A DNA stretch of 64,000 nucleotides from assembly GCA_950097015.1 (NCBI GenBank), contig CATNEN010000038.1:26288001-26352000 (forward strand), read 5' to 3'. The DNA is from Macrostomum hystrix. Its lineage: Eukaryota > Animalia > Platyhelminthes. The notes under the pieces were generated by a model that did not search any database, was not told the origin of the DNA, and saw only the letters and a program-made list of their open reading frames with translations. Shown here in pieces: positions 27,560 through 40,561 of the stretch (position 1 is the first letter of the stretch; every line of letters begins with the position of its first letter). The position numbers and the translations under genes were made by a program.

Positions 27560-27990
27560 GGACTTGGCTTGGCTTGGACTTGGCTACAAGACCGTGTTCG
27601 GCAACGAGCCGCGACTTCCCCATGACAGCATCGGACCAGCAGACGCTGCCACGGTCGGTGACGTCACGATTCGTCATGTAGAGAGAAATGCAGAAGCGCG
27701 TGGGCGGACCCTTGAGCTGATGCGTCGGCGCATCCGTCGGGCGCAGCAAGCCATGCAGCAGTACCATCAGCAGCGTCTGGCGTCTGCCAGCAGCCTCAGC
27801 TTCAACGTCGGGGACAAGGTGCTGCTGCGGAGCTTTGTCCGCGACGATCGGAAAGGCGGCAAGCTGAAGACGCCATGATGCGCCAAGGTTTACACGGTCG
27901 AACGTGTCCTGAGCAACAACCTGTACGGGCTCGCAGGAAAAAGTACAGCGATCAATGGCCGTCACATGAAGAAATACTACGAATAGGTGA
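27560..27990 (+). mobile_element. Gypsy-like/integrase C-terminal fragment
   Basis: VFGNEPRLP...FNVGDKVLL...GGKLKTP* then YTVERVLSNNLYGL...INGRHMKKY, typical of the GPY/F-SH3 integrase tail; internal stop codon. Confidence 0.65.
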
Positions 27991-28240
27991 TTTACAGTAT
28001 TTCTAACTGGTGATTTGCAGTATGAGTCAATCAAGATCAAGTCCTGGATTGTTGTTGTCATTTTACTGTAATGCAATCTGCTGTAATCATCTATTATCTA
28101 ATGTTGTTATTAATTTAAAATTAATAATTCCAAGAAACTTTTATTATTATTAATCGGCACGCACACCTTTAACAAATTCACGATTGTATATAAGTTCTAT
28201 CTTCTATGCTTATTTAGTGCTTTTTAAAAACTTGGCACAC

Positions 28241-28331
28241 AAACCGGTTTTTAAAGACCGGTTTTCTTATAAAAGGCGGTTTTCAAACCGGTTAACCGGT
28301 TCTCAAAAAGGGCCGGTTTTTTGGCATCTCT
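28241..28331. mobile_element. hAT-like element terminus with repeated ACCGGT subterminal motifs
   Basis: Clustered (A)ACCGGTT palindromes ending GGCATCTCTA (reverse complement TAGAGATGCC); no partner end seen. Confidence 0.4.
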
Positions 28332-28570
28332 AGCTGATTGCACTGATCAATCTGATATTGATTATAGTCTTGTAATATGCAAAAGAAAGCAATTTTGAAT
28401 GACGTCAATTACCGAACATAATTAAAAGGGCGTAATTATAAACAGCAAGTCATGAATAATTTGTGTTTAAGCAACGTGTCATTGCTTAGCAACGTGCCAG
28501 TTGTAGTCATGGCTAATTACTAAACGGTATGACTATATAGCTTTGACATCGTGCAGAGCAGCTAAAAATC

Positions 28571-28578
28571 TATAAATA
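28571..28578 (+). promoter_or_regulatory. Candidate TATA box of the Kazal gene
   Basis: TATAAATA about 100 nt upstream of the ATG at 28669. Confidence 0.4.
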
Positions 28579-28668
28579 TCGTAAAGTAATAGCATACAGA
28601 AGTCGATATGGCGCCTTCAGTACAAGTTTAATTAAGCCTTTCAAAACCAAAGACCAAATCACGTGACC

Positions 28669-29013
28669 ATGCTGTGCTCAATCAGTAAAATCCGGCTGCT
28701 CATTCTAGGCGTCTCGATAATGATTGTTGTGCTGGACGGAGCCAGAGCGGAACGCATCATCGGACCGTGCACCTGCAGCCGAGACTGGAAATACGCACCC
28801 GTATGCGGCAGCAACGGCAAGACCTACTGGAACCGTTGCTACGCTAGGTGCGCCGGCATTAGAAACTACGAGCCAGGTCAGTGTAGGACCGGATGCGGTT
28901 GCAACCGGCGCTACTGGCCTGTGTGCGGCAGCAACGGCAAGAAGTACGCCAACGAGTGCTTGGCAAAGTGCGACGGAGTAAACAGGGTACGGCCCGCCAG
29001 CGACTGCAGCTAA
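28669..29013 (+). CDS. Secreted two-domain Kazal-type serine protease inhibitor (intronless)
   Basis: Hydrophobic signal peptide ending ARA; two domains with PVCGSNGKTYxNxC and six Cys each; predicted P1 Arg in both. Confidence 0.92.
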   Translation: MLCSISKIRLLILGVSIMIVVLDGARAERIIGPCTCSRDWKYAPVCGSNGKTYWNRCYARCAGIRNYEPGQCRTGCGCNRRYWPVCGSNGKKYANECLAKCDGVNRVRPASDCS

Positions 29014-29246
29014 TTCTGCGATCGCTCATCATAATAGTAGAGCGACTCTTAACTAAACTGACACACTATTTCACTATATTCACCTGCTCAAAAGCAATAC
29101 TGCTAATTACGAGTACTGAAGTACGAGCTTAGTGTTGTTTAAGTGGTGCGGAGCCAAAAAATATATGCGATGGGCGTGAGCTCTAACTTCCGCAATAAAT
29201 ACTACCGATTTCTCCTCATTCTAGAATCTTTCATTAACTGTAGAAC

Positions 29247-29767
29247 TACAAAGGGGGGAATTTCTCCCCTGACAATTTTTTGCTGCACCCGAACGGTGCA
29301 ACGCAAGCACACGAAACTCAAGAACACGGGCCAACTTTTTGTTGCGCATCTTCTGAAACAAGAATCTAGTCGCCAGCTCTTCAGACCATTGAGATATTCA
29401 ATGTTTGTGGCGGAAGGTCAGTTTCTACTCATAAGCGCCAGTGTATTTCATACACCCCCATACAAGAAATCAGCACTGCGCTTCAGTGCGGCCTTGCCAG
29501 GCCTTCAAAATTGATCAGCATGTCACCCGAATGTGCCTGCATCACCTCCGACTTCGGTGGTCACCTGCCTTTATCGAGACGGACTGCTGGACCTTCAAGG
29601 GCTACAACAGGTGGAAATAGGCCACTATGGACACCCTGACGCGAATTTTTCCAATTTCACTGATCAAGCCTAAACACTAGACGCAGCTCAACCACAGGAC
29701 ACCGTCGTCTAGTCTTCGCATTCAGGCGCCGCCAAAAACATTTCAGGGGGGAATTCCCCCCTTGGTA
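29247..29767. mobile_element. MITE of about 520 bp with imperfect TIRs and TA flanks
   Basis: TACAAAGGGGGGAATTTCTCCCCTGA at left versus TCAGGGGGGAATTCCCCCCTTGGTA at right. Confidence 0.7.
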
Positions 29768-30334
29768 TAAGAGGCTTGGTAATCCTACTGTTAACTCCTC
29801 CCCATTCTCAATTACTCACTTTCAATTCTGAATTTTGAAATGAATCCGATTCTGATACGAAATAATATGTTGGGAGTCAATCAGCATAGAGGCGAGACAG
29901 CCTCACATGAAAGTAGAGGCATGCAACTGCTGTTTGGTATTTTTATTTCTCAAACAAATAATTTTTCGTCTTTTTTATGGATAAGGATACAATCTAAAAG
30001 TATACTACTATAGTAGTATTGCTTAGTTTAGCTAGCCATTTGGGATAAGAACCATGAAATCATGTCTGAAAACTGAGTAGCACAGACATTATTGCGGGTC
30101 TAGATAGGCACTACTTTATTAATAATATTAAATCTAAAGTTTGTTGAATTTTAAATTAAAAAATTTAAACTAACAACAACATTGCTGTTCCATGCACTGT
30201 AGACTCAAAGGACTATTTCTGAATAAAATTCAAACACTGACAAAAGCGACACCAAAAGAAGGAGGATATAAAAAACAATTTTTGGATTATAAGACCCCTA
30301 CAGCTTGATAGGTTAATTTTAAGATTATATTGGA

Positions 30335-30490
30335 CAGTTTGGCATTAGTTTAGACAATTTGGGATTAGATTAGACAGTTTGGGAGTACATTAGACAGTTT
30401 GGGATTAGATTAGACAATTGGGGGTTATATTAGACAATTTGGGGTTAGATTAGACAATTTGGGATTAGATAGACTTTTTAGGATTAGAAT
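30335..30490. repeat. Degenerate 20-bp tandem repeat
   Basis: TTTGGGATTAGATTAGACA(A/G) repeated about 7 times, downstream of the IDE stop. Confidence 0.8.
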
Positions 30491-30737
30491 AGATAGGTTT
30501 ATTGTAACCAAAGATCAAATAAATGATTTCCATAAAAAATTTCTGAGGAATTCAAATTAAATATTTGAAAAATCTGAGTCTGTTGAAATTGGAAACAGGG
30601 GACAGCAGGAGTTTCCATGGATGAAAGGTAGGAAGATTTGTTATAGGTGACAGTTGAGTAAGTGCATATGATTAACACTAAGTTGGAGTACCATTAGGCC
30701 TGTTAAACAACAGAATCAAAATCACAAACAATAGGTT

Positions 30738-33700
30738 CTACAGCTTAGCGGAGACATTAGAGGTTGCAGCGGCGGCTGCGGCGGCTGCGGCAGTCAGAAA
30801 CTGGGCTTCAGGCGCGGCGGGTGTCGGCAGTGGACCGAGAAGCAGACGGCGCTGAAACTCCTGCACGCTGACAATGTGCACCGCCTGCGGCTGTGTTTGA
30901 TTTGGCGAGGCCAAGATGGGATTCTGTGTCAGGACTCAAGTTTCGCACTAAAACAATACCCAATTCTTCCCCTCAAATTCCATAATCAACTTCCCTAATA
31001 TCCATCTGTCCCCTACCTAATCTCCCTCCGTCTCTAACCCTTATTTTCGTCCCTACCCTCTGTCCTCTACCCTAATCTGTCTTCTACCCTAATCTCTGTC
31101 TTCTACCCTAATCTCTGTCCTCTATCCTAATCTCTGTCCTCTACCCTAATCTGTCTTCTACCCTAATCTGTCCTCTACCCTAATCTGTCCTCTACCCTAA
31201 TCTCTGTCCTCTACCCTAATCTCTGTCCTCTACCCTAATCTCTGTCCTCTACCCTAATCTCTGTCCTCTACCCTAATCTCTGTCCTCAACCCTAATCTGT
31301 CCTCTACCCTAATCTCTGACCTCAACCCTAATCTACATTCCCTACCATAATCTCCCCTATCGCCTAGCTAATCTCCCTAGTCTCTATCCGTGACAGACGT
31401 GAAAAAGTTTTATGAAAGCGGTAATTCTCACCGAAAATGAATCATAATCCTCATCTTTAATGCCGCCGTGGGTCTCCTTAGAAACCACGTGCAGTGAAAG
31501 ACGGCGTCTCTGTGGTGAGTCCTTCGATAGCCAGGTCTACACGTGATATATTGGATGAGTTTGCTAGAGACTGACAAAATAAAATGTTAAATTTAACAGA
31601 ACGCAAAGCTTACATTAAAGTGATTCAGCAAATCGTCCTTGGTGATGCTGGTAGTCAGGCAATCGGACATTTTCTCCTTGCGATCGAAGCACAATGTGCC
31701 CCGGTGAATCTCTTCGAAGTAGAGCTGGTTCCTAATGATCAACTTCTTGGGCTTCTCGCTAATCACTGAGTCTAGCGCGGCCACGTGCGCTTGAAATGTC
31801 TCATCGGACAACGACTGGATGTCGTTGGCGATCGAGTCGATGAAGGCGTCGATGCGTTCTTCCAGGTACACGGGGTGCCTGATTAAATGGCAGGGTAAAG
31901 CAGCTGATGGATTAGAGAGTAGTGGATAACAGCTGATGGATTAGTGCATAACAGCTGATGGATTAGTGGATAACAGCTGATGGATTAGTGGATAACAGCT
32001 GATGGATTAGTGGATAACAGCTGATGGATTAGTGGATAAGAGATGACAGATTTGTGGAAAATATGAGATTATGGATTAGCGAAAAACAACTGATGGATAG
32101 GGGATAACAGCTGATGGATAGGGGATAACAGCTGATGTCAAATAGGGGATAACAGCTGATGGATAGGGGATAACAGCTGATGTCAGATAGGGGATAACAG
32201 CTGATGGATAGGGGATAACAGCTGATGTCAGATAGGGGATAACAGCTGATGGATAGGGGATAACAGCTGATGTCAGATAGGGGATAACAGCTGATGGATA
32301 GGGGATAACAGCTGATGTCAGATAGGGGATAACAGCTGATGTCAGATAGGGGATAACAGCTGATGGATAGGGGATAACAGCTGATGTCAGTTAGGGGATA
32401 ACAGCTGATGGATAGGGGATAACAGCTGATGTCAGATAGGGGATAACAGCTGATGGATAGGGGATAACAGCTGATGTCAGATAGGGGATAACAGCTGATG
32501 GATAGGGGATAACAGCTGATGTCAGATAGGGGATAACAGCTGATGGATAGGGGATAACAGCTGATGTCAGTTAGGGGATAACAGCTGATGGATAGGGGAT
32601 AACAGCTGATGTCAGTTAGGGGATAACAGCTGATGTCAGGTAGGAGATAACAGCTGATGGCTCTCACCTGTCCGACTGCACGCAGAACAGTACACCGTCA
32701 GTATTGATGCCAGGCGAGTTCCTAACGCCAACCATATAGCCAAGCTGCTGCTTAGTGCGCAGGGAATCAAAAAATGTCTCCTGCACTACTTGAACTAGTA
32801 GACGAGATAAGACGCGAGTTCGAATCTTGGCCGGCAGTCCGCCATTGGAGTCGGGTTCAATTTGAAAGTAGATAGCGCAGGCGGAGTCTTTGTGATGCGA
32901 GTGCAGGCTGCGATACAAGTGATGCGTGCCAGCCGGCAGTAGGTAGTCCCGCGATTTGGCGATCTCGGCCCGCGGCACCGGAGTGGCGGAGAGAGCCAAC
33001 AGGACGGCGTCGGCCACGGCTTCAGCCTCTTGAGCAGTGGCATTGCCGTAGACAAGAGTCTCAGTGTATAGTCGCGATTGCATCTGGCGGCTAAACTGTT
33101 GCACCTTCTCTAGGGTCACGTCTGTCAGGATAGTTGAGAAATTGGCGAGATTTCAGGTGAGATTAACCGGTTATATTGACGCAATCTCCAGAGAGATTAT
33201 CCGATTAGATTGTCCCGAACTCAGGTGAGAATATCCAATTATATCACACTATCTTAGGGAGATTATCATGCAAGATTGTTACAATTATCAATTGAGACTA
33301 TCGGATCAGATTGCTACTAGTCTGGGTGAGATTTTCTGCCAAGGTTTCCATAACGGATCAAACTTATTATCCTATGCTCACTCACCGGCCAAAGCCTCCA
33401 GTTGCACCTCCGGAGTCCAGACTGGGGTCTTGCAGATTAGGCTCAGGTTAAAATTGCAGTGCTGGCTCGGCTGCTCCAACTTGAAATTCTTCAGAGTGCG
33501 TTCCATCTGATGGGGCCAATAATTAGAACTTATCGTTTTTGAGTTGGTGAGTAGGGATGACAGCTCTTATTAAATTGGGATATCAGCTGATGGATTGGGG
33601 ATAACAGCTGATGGATTGGGGATAACAGCTGATGGATTGGGGAAAATAGCTGATGGATTGGGGATAACAGCTGATGGATTGGGGATAACAGCTGATGGAT

Positions 33701-36700
33701 TGGGGAAAATAGCTGATGGATTGGGGATAACAGCTGATGGATTGGGGAAAATAGCTGATGGATTGGGGAAAATAGCTGATGGATTGGGGAAAATAGCTGA
33801 TGGATTGGGGATAATAGCTGATGGATTGGGGATAACAGCTGATGGATTGGGGATAAAAGCTGATGGATTGGGGAAAATAGCTGATGGATTGGGGAAAATA
33901 GCTGATGGATTGGGGATAACAGCTGATGGATTGAGGATAACAGCTGATGGATTGGGGATAACAGCTGATGGATTGGGGATAACAGCTGATGGATTGGGGA
34001 TAACAGCTGATGGATTAAGTGATAACAGCTGATGGATTGGGGATAACAGCTGATGGATTAAGTGATAACAGCTGATGGATTAAGTGATAACAGCTGATGG
34101 ATTGGGGATAACAGCTGATGGATTGAGGATAACAGCTGATGGATTGGGGATAACAGCTGATGGATTAAGTGATAACAGCTGATGGATTAAATGATAACAG
34201 CTGATGGATTGGGGACAACAGCTGATGGATTGGGGATAACAGCTGATGGATTAAGAGATTACAGCTGATGGATTGGGGATAACAGCTGATGGATTAAGCG
34301 ATAACAGCTGATGGATTGGGCCACTACGAACAGCACATTGGGCCATAGTTACTCACGTGATCGTACAAGCTGGCAAATCGAACGGGATCAAAATCAGGCT
34401 TAGCCATTCGCTTCAGCACACTGTCCAACAGTACAGGCAGTTTGTCATTGTAGCCCGAGCAATGCAATATGGCGCCATTGTCAGTTGAATCGACGCGATA
34501 ATTCAAGCCGGCCAATTCCGCATCGTAGGTCAACGCATTTAGAGCGTCGGCTAGCAATTGAAAATAGAGCGACGAGCAGACAGAGGCGTAGGAGTCTGTG
34601 GCTGCGCAGGGCGACACCAGGTCGACAGTGTAGCAAGCCTTGGGCATGTTATAATCGGTATCTAGGCGGTGCCACAGCCTACCCCGTCTATCAGTTCGAA
34701 CTATTCTGGGCCCGGTGGATGCGGAATCTGACGAATCCGACTGCGGCTGCTTTAACGAAAAGTCCGTCGGAATGAACGGATTCGGGCTGGGCAGTCGCAG
34801 CTCAACGTCGGGTCGCTCACCGTCCGGCCACACAGGTGACACCGAGTCACCATCGACGCCTCGGCAGGCTGACAGAAGCTCGGGTGAGAATTTTTGAACG
34901 CCATACTGGACACCGTAGTGAGTCTCCGTCTGGTCGCACTTGTCCGCCACTGCCTGTGGGATTTCCGTTTTAGGGAACTATTGACTGAACTCAGCATTCT
35001 CAACCTTTGATGACTGAACTAAGCATTCTCAACCTTGATGACTGAACTCAGCATTCTCAACCTTGATGACTGAACTAAGCATTCTCAACCTTGATGACTG
35101 AACTCAGCATTCTCAACCTTGATGACTGAACTCAGCATTCTCAACCTTTGATGACTGAACTCAGCATTCTCAACCTTTGATGACTGAACTCAGCATTCTC
35201 AACCTTGATGACTGAACTCAACATTCTCAACCTTGATGACTGAACTCAACATTCTCAACCTTGATGACTGAACTCAGCATTCTCAACCTTGATGACTGAA
35301 CTCAACATTCTCAACCTTGATGACTGAACTCAACATTCTCAACCTTGATGACTGAACTCAACATTCTCAACCTTGATGACTGAACTCAACATTCTCAACC
35401 TTGATGACTGAACTCAACATTCTCAACCTTGATGACTGAACTCAACATTCTCAACCTTGATGACTGAACTCAGCATTCTCAACCTTGATGACTGAACTCA
35501 GCATTCTCAACCTTGATGACTGAACTCAACATTCTCAACCTTGATGAAATTCTTTGATGACTGTCAAGAATGTCAATCTCAACTACTGAACAGTAAAAAA
35601 ATATCGAACTTGTGACTGAACTGTCAAATACAAACGACAAGACAAACCAAACCAAATAACCAATATAATATAACTAAACAAAATGTAATCATTACCTGAC
35701 TGCCAATGTAGACTTTGCATCGATCTGGCGTTAAGCATTTCAATAGCTCGGTAATCCTATCTGGCATGTACTCAGTGAGTACAACCCTAGCAGACAGAGC
35801 ATCCTTCTGAGGATAATATAGCATTTTAACTGACAGGCGCTGTGTCAGATCAATTGGCTGAGACTTGTCTCGAAATCTGAAGGCCATGTATTCTAGATCG
35901 CGTTCCTCATTGTAGATCCATTGCTGAGGTCCTGCCCGCTTCAACATGTCAATGTAGCGAAATACGGTGGCAATGACAGCGTCCTCACATTTGGCGCCTT
36001 CCTCTGTGAGATCCAGAGACACCTTGAAAATGTCGTAGCCAAGTGCCCCACCAGTGCAGCCAGCTGACAGAGCATTGCTCCAGCCGCGACGCTTTAGATA
36101 GGCCAATATACTGCCGGGAGCTTCGTGACCAATCAGATGGCTGATATACCGCTCCGGGGCGCCTTTATAGTGCTGCCGCAGGTCAGGCATCGGGAACACC
36201 AACTGCAGGGTGCGAATGTCCTTTACAGTAGCAGCGTACACCTGAGCATTTAAGCGTTGAGGTAAGAGTAGAAAAGATAAATACGGCTGCGTTTGCTGAT
36301 CTTCTTTCTTTCTTCTTACCTATCTTTCATGATGTAGCTGTGTCCTTATCTACACCCTGTAAAAAATTCGGCTGCTTCTTCGGCTGTTTTTTGTGCAAAA
36401 TAGGAGTGGAATCTACCAAAATCCCCCTATCTCGCAAGAGTTAAAGAAACCGCCCAGGAAGCAGCCGATGTAACCGTAAATTGTGCGGAAACCGCCGAAG
36501 AATCACCCGAACCAGTGGCCCATGGGACAACCAGAGAATTATTTACGGGCGATTCCTCGGCGGTTTCTGAGCATGGAATCTTCCGAACTGGAGGATTCTT
36601 TGGGTGATTCCATTTCACCACCAAGAACCAACGAGAAAACGCCCAGTTGAGTAGATTCTAAGCATGGAATCATCCGATTGGTATGTTTCCAGCGTTCGGC

Positions 36701-38289
36701 TGTTTCTTTTTCTGGAAACACCGCAGATTCCAACTGGAATCACCCAAAGAAACATCCCTATTTTTTAGCGGGCATCTATCTCCTTATCTACCTGTCTCTC
36801 CTTATCTAGCTACCCCTGTCTCTCCGTCTCTCATTTTTATCGACCTGTATTTCCTTATCTATCGGTCTCTCCGTATCTGTCTGACTCTCTTCTACCAGTA
36901 TTTTCTTATCTACCTGTGTCTCATTATCACCCTTCTCTCCTTATCTACCCGTCTTTCCGTCTCTCATTTCTATCTACCTGTATCTTTAATACAAGTAATA
37001 AACAATGCACCATCTGACCTTCACTCCGCACTCGCTTCCATCGTAGGGATGCTTTTCCCATCGACGCTCCGGAAGCTGCTTGTCGGGTACGCTGGCGAAA
37101 GCGTCCACAACCATGTCCTGAAGTTCGTCCAAAGATTCACTGCCCAGCACGGCTAGAGACAATCGATTAGCGGAATATTCGTTGGCGTGAAATTGCAGCA
37201 GCTGCTGACGCAGCTCGGTCGCGGCAGACGGGTCAGGCAGGAGAGTAGCCAGACTGCCAGTGAAGAAGTGATCGCCATAGTCGTGCTCAGGATTAGCCAG
37301 AGTGTGCTCAAGTTGTTGTATGCGCCAAATATCCTGCGGTATGTTCTTGGAATGCTCGGAGTGGACCGCCTTGGAGGATGAATGTGAGTTGGGAAACAAC
37401 ATTCAACAGTAGGAAGAGCTCGTTATCTTTCCCCCTATTTCACGATAGCTCCCAAACCGAATGACCGATTTTCGTGAAAGTCCACCATCTGAATCGAGAT
37501 TTTACGCCCTATATGATGACATAACTTGATGACAATTTTGCGATTCTGGAAGTTGTCTCATAGGATAGAGCAGAGAACTTTAGCCCGTGTTCTGGACTTT
37601 CATGGCGATTAATTTACCTGAACCTCCCGCTCAGTGGCAGACTCGGTAAATAGCGGACAGAGAAAGAACTGACTAAATCTGTCCAATGCTTCAGCCAGAT
37701 GCTTCGGCGCAATATCAAAGTAATAACAGGTGTGATCATCTGCAGTGTAGGCATTGTGCATTCCACCGTGCTCGTTGATAAAATTAGCGTAGCTGTCCTC
37801 AACCGGATACTTCTCGGTGCCAAGGAATAGCATGTGCTCACAGAAATGGGCCAGGCCTGATACAAAAGTACGCAGCAGTTTGATTGGATACAGATACTTT
37901 AGTTGCAAGATAATTCACTATTCAATATTCAACCATTTCATCATCAGCTTACCCTGCCAGGCTTTCGGCTCGTTCATGCTGCCAGCCAGAACACACAGAG
38001 AAGCAGCTGATCTGTCAGCTTCCGCGTCACTAACTAGCATAACGCGAATGCCATTGTTAAGCACTAGAGCGCGATAATTGTGTTTGTCCTCCGGCGACTT
38101 AAACACATCTTCACTGACAAGTTTAACTGCTGAATTGTTGGAAGCACTGCCATCAGCCATGACCCTGTTAAGAGTAGCACTTCTATTAGAACAAGGGCGA
38201 TATAAAGCTTTGAATGAGTGGCTTAGTACTGCAGTTAGCTGGGTTGGCCTTAGCAGAAGGTGGACAGTTGATTGATAGAGTCTCAGATT
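30738..38289 (-). CDS. IDE: Insulin-degrading enzyme (insulysin, peptidase M16A)
   Basis: Exons 38289(Met 38160)-37953, 37856-37618, 37369-37019, 36241-35696, 34953-34357, 33506-33386, 33121-32668, 31877-31614, 31536-31432 and 30923-30738, all GT-AG. Motifs [24 protein letters not shown] and LRTKQQLGY; ends SAKL*. Confidence 0.96.
31045..31345. repeat. 17/19-bp intronic minisatellite in IDE
   Basis: CTCTACCCTAATCT(CT)GTC tandem copies. Confidence 0.9.
31900..32660. repeat. 21/24-bp intronic minisatellite in IDE
   Basis: GGATAGGGGATAACAGCTGAT and GTCAGATAGGGGATAACAGCTGAT units. Confidence 0.95.
33575..34320. repeat. 21-bp intronic minisatellite in IDE, same family as 31900-32660
   Basis: GGATTGGGGATAACAGCTGAT units. 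Confidence 0.95.
34980..35547. repeat. 28-bp intronic minisatellite in IDE
   Basis: GATGACTGAACTCA(G/A)CATTCTCAACCTT, period 28. Confidence 0.95.
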
Positions 38290-40289
38290 CTGCAATGTTT
38301 GACAATGATTACATTTTCCTGGTTTTGCAAACTCAAACTTCTTAAAATTAATTTTACAAACTGCTAGTTAACATACTAATATATCTGTAGCACTACATGT
38401 GACAAAGATATATTATTAAGTTGTATGTAAAAAGTGTAACTTTATTAAATAAGGTTAAGCACTGCTTTCTACAAAATAAACTAAGAAATAAAAGGTTTCA
38501 GACCAATTTAATGACATTATGGGTAATACAGGGGAAAATTCTAAATAAGTAAATATGTAAATACTATGTTTAGACCATAGTTTGGAACACTCTGTATGTA
38601 CCCTAGAAAAAGTGACCCACTTTTTGTGTACACTGATGTAATCCAAATATAAATAGTATAATGTCTTACTCTAGAAAGCTTTAAATCTCTACACTAATCT
38701 AATCTCATCGATAGCCCCACTACAAAGTTCTTGTCCCACATTTCTAGCTTACCATTATATTTTTTCACTGTAATTTAAAACGCATTTGTTGATGTAAACT
38801 GTAAACGCGAAGAAGGCAGAGCGTCTAAAACAGAGCACTGAAATTTCTCTGAATTGTGAAAAAATTCAATTCAGGTGAGAGATGCTAGTCACCAACAGCC
38901 CCTTAGAAAATCATTTTTAATGCAAATGTGTACACTAAAAATCTTATGTGCACCCCAGAAATTTGTTAAGTACATTCTTTCTTCCAGACTATAGTGTTAA
39001 GCAAGGTTACTTACCCATAGCTGGTCTAATTATTCACTTAACTTATATAAATTGTGCTATATAGGCCCCATATATCAAGAAACTAGTTGCATGACTGCTT
39101 ACTATTACTAGCTAGTAATAAATAAACAAATAAAATAAAATAAAATAAAACAAATAAAACAAATAAAACAAATAAAACAAATAAAATAATAGAAAAACAA
39201 AATTGTAGGACTAGGACCTTAATCTTTCTATAAAGCTACATTAAATAATTTATTCAAACAAACGTGTATTTTTCTTGTTTTATGAAAGCAAAATATTAAA
39301 TACTAAAATTCAGGGAAACAAAAATATAGAGGGAAAAAAGTTCTTAAAGAAATCTAAAAAATGATTTAGGATAATTTCCCACATGTCCCCTACTAATGTT
39401 TAGCTAGCTTACATATTTCTATAAGTAAAGATAATATGAAACTAAGCATCTAGATCTAATGGCACATGACTAAGACTGCCCCATACTAGGGCCTAAGGCC
39501 ACCATTGATTGGATTGGCTCTATGGATGAGTTCAGTATATATAATTTTCTCTACTTGTTTATGATTTAGAGGATATTTAATCTGGTATTTTAAAGTAAAA
39601 TAATACAATAAATGGCTTCATTCCTATTATTTTATAGGGCCTATTATAGCATTTATCCTATACATCCATAGATCAAATAAAATAGGGCAAAAGGCTTTAG
39701 TTTAGATTCTGGCCTAATAATAATAGACAAACTTGAGTCTTCACAATTCAAATTAAAAAAAGGAGCAATTCTACCAAATTTGCTAACCCTGGGCACATAC
39801 ACATAGATCTACTATATGTGGGCCCACACCACACTCTTATATGTATGTTAGGGGCCTAGTCAACATCTGCCCTGATTAGGGCCTACTTGACTGCAATGTC
39901 AAACCTCTCTTTGTCCTAGACTTTTACCAACCAATGAAACCTCTACCTATCAGTTATCACAATAATAGTAGGCCCAGACCATTAGAATATCCCACACCAC
40001 CTAGCCTAGCCCCAGCTATGGCAGTCTTGTCTTGGTCCTATACCTATGATTATTGCAGATTATGCTTGGATTATCCTGTAAGTCTAATTTTATTTAAATG
40101 GCTAGATAGGCCCAATCAAATAGGGCCTAGGCCTAGCTAACAATTAAAAATATGAATATGATGATACCAAACAAATATCATACTTCATAGCCTAGGCCAG
40201 TCAATATTAAGATTAGGTCTAGGTCTCAATTGTTCAATAGTTTCAAAAGGGCAAAACTTATTATTTATGTAAAATTAGGCCGATACAGT

Positions 40290-40561
40290 CATACATGCGC
40301 AACACCCGGCCGAACCGGCCGGGTGAAACGAGGGCCAAGCAAGGTAAGTCGCAAAAACCAATTGACCAAGCGCAAAAAAATCAAAGGGGGGACCAAGGGA
40401 CAAAAAAGGAAGGCGTGAAGAAAAGGAAAAAGGGGAGAGAAAAAGAGAGCAAATGAGAGCAAACTAAGTCGTAAATAGAGCAATGAAATGAACTAAGTCG
40501 CAAATGAGAGCAAAAACTAAGTCGCACGGCCGGCTAAGATTTGGGAGGTTGCGCATGTATG
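40290..40561. mobile_element. Small MITE (about 270 bp)
   Basis: 14-bp perfect inverted repeat CATACATGCGCAAC / GTTGCGCATGTATG; internal TAAGTCG repeats. Confidence 0.7.

Noticed and set aside
32029-34032. ORFs (ISCYPLS)n and (GITADGL)n
   Set aside because: Translations of 21/24-bp repeats lying between canonical IDE splice sites.
36351-36772. Possible MITE in an IDE intron (CCCTGTAAAAAA...TTTTTTAGCGGG)
   Set aside because: Inverted match is short and imperfect and no TSD could be established.
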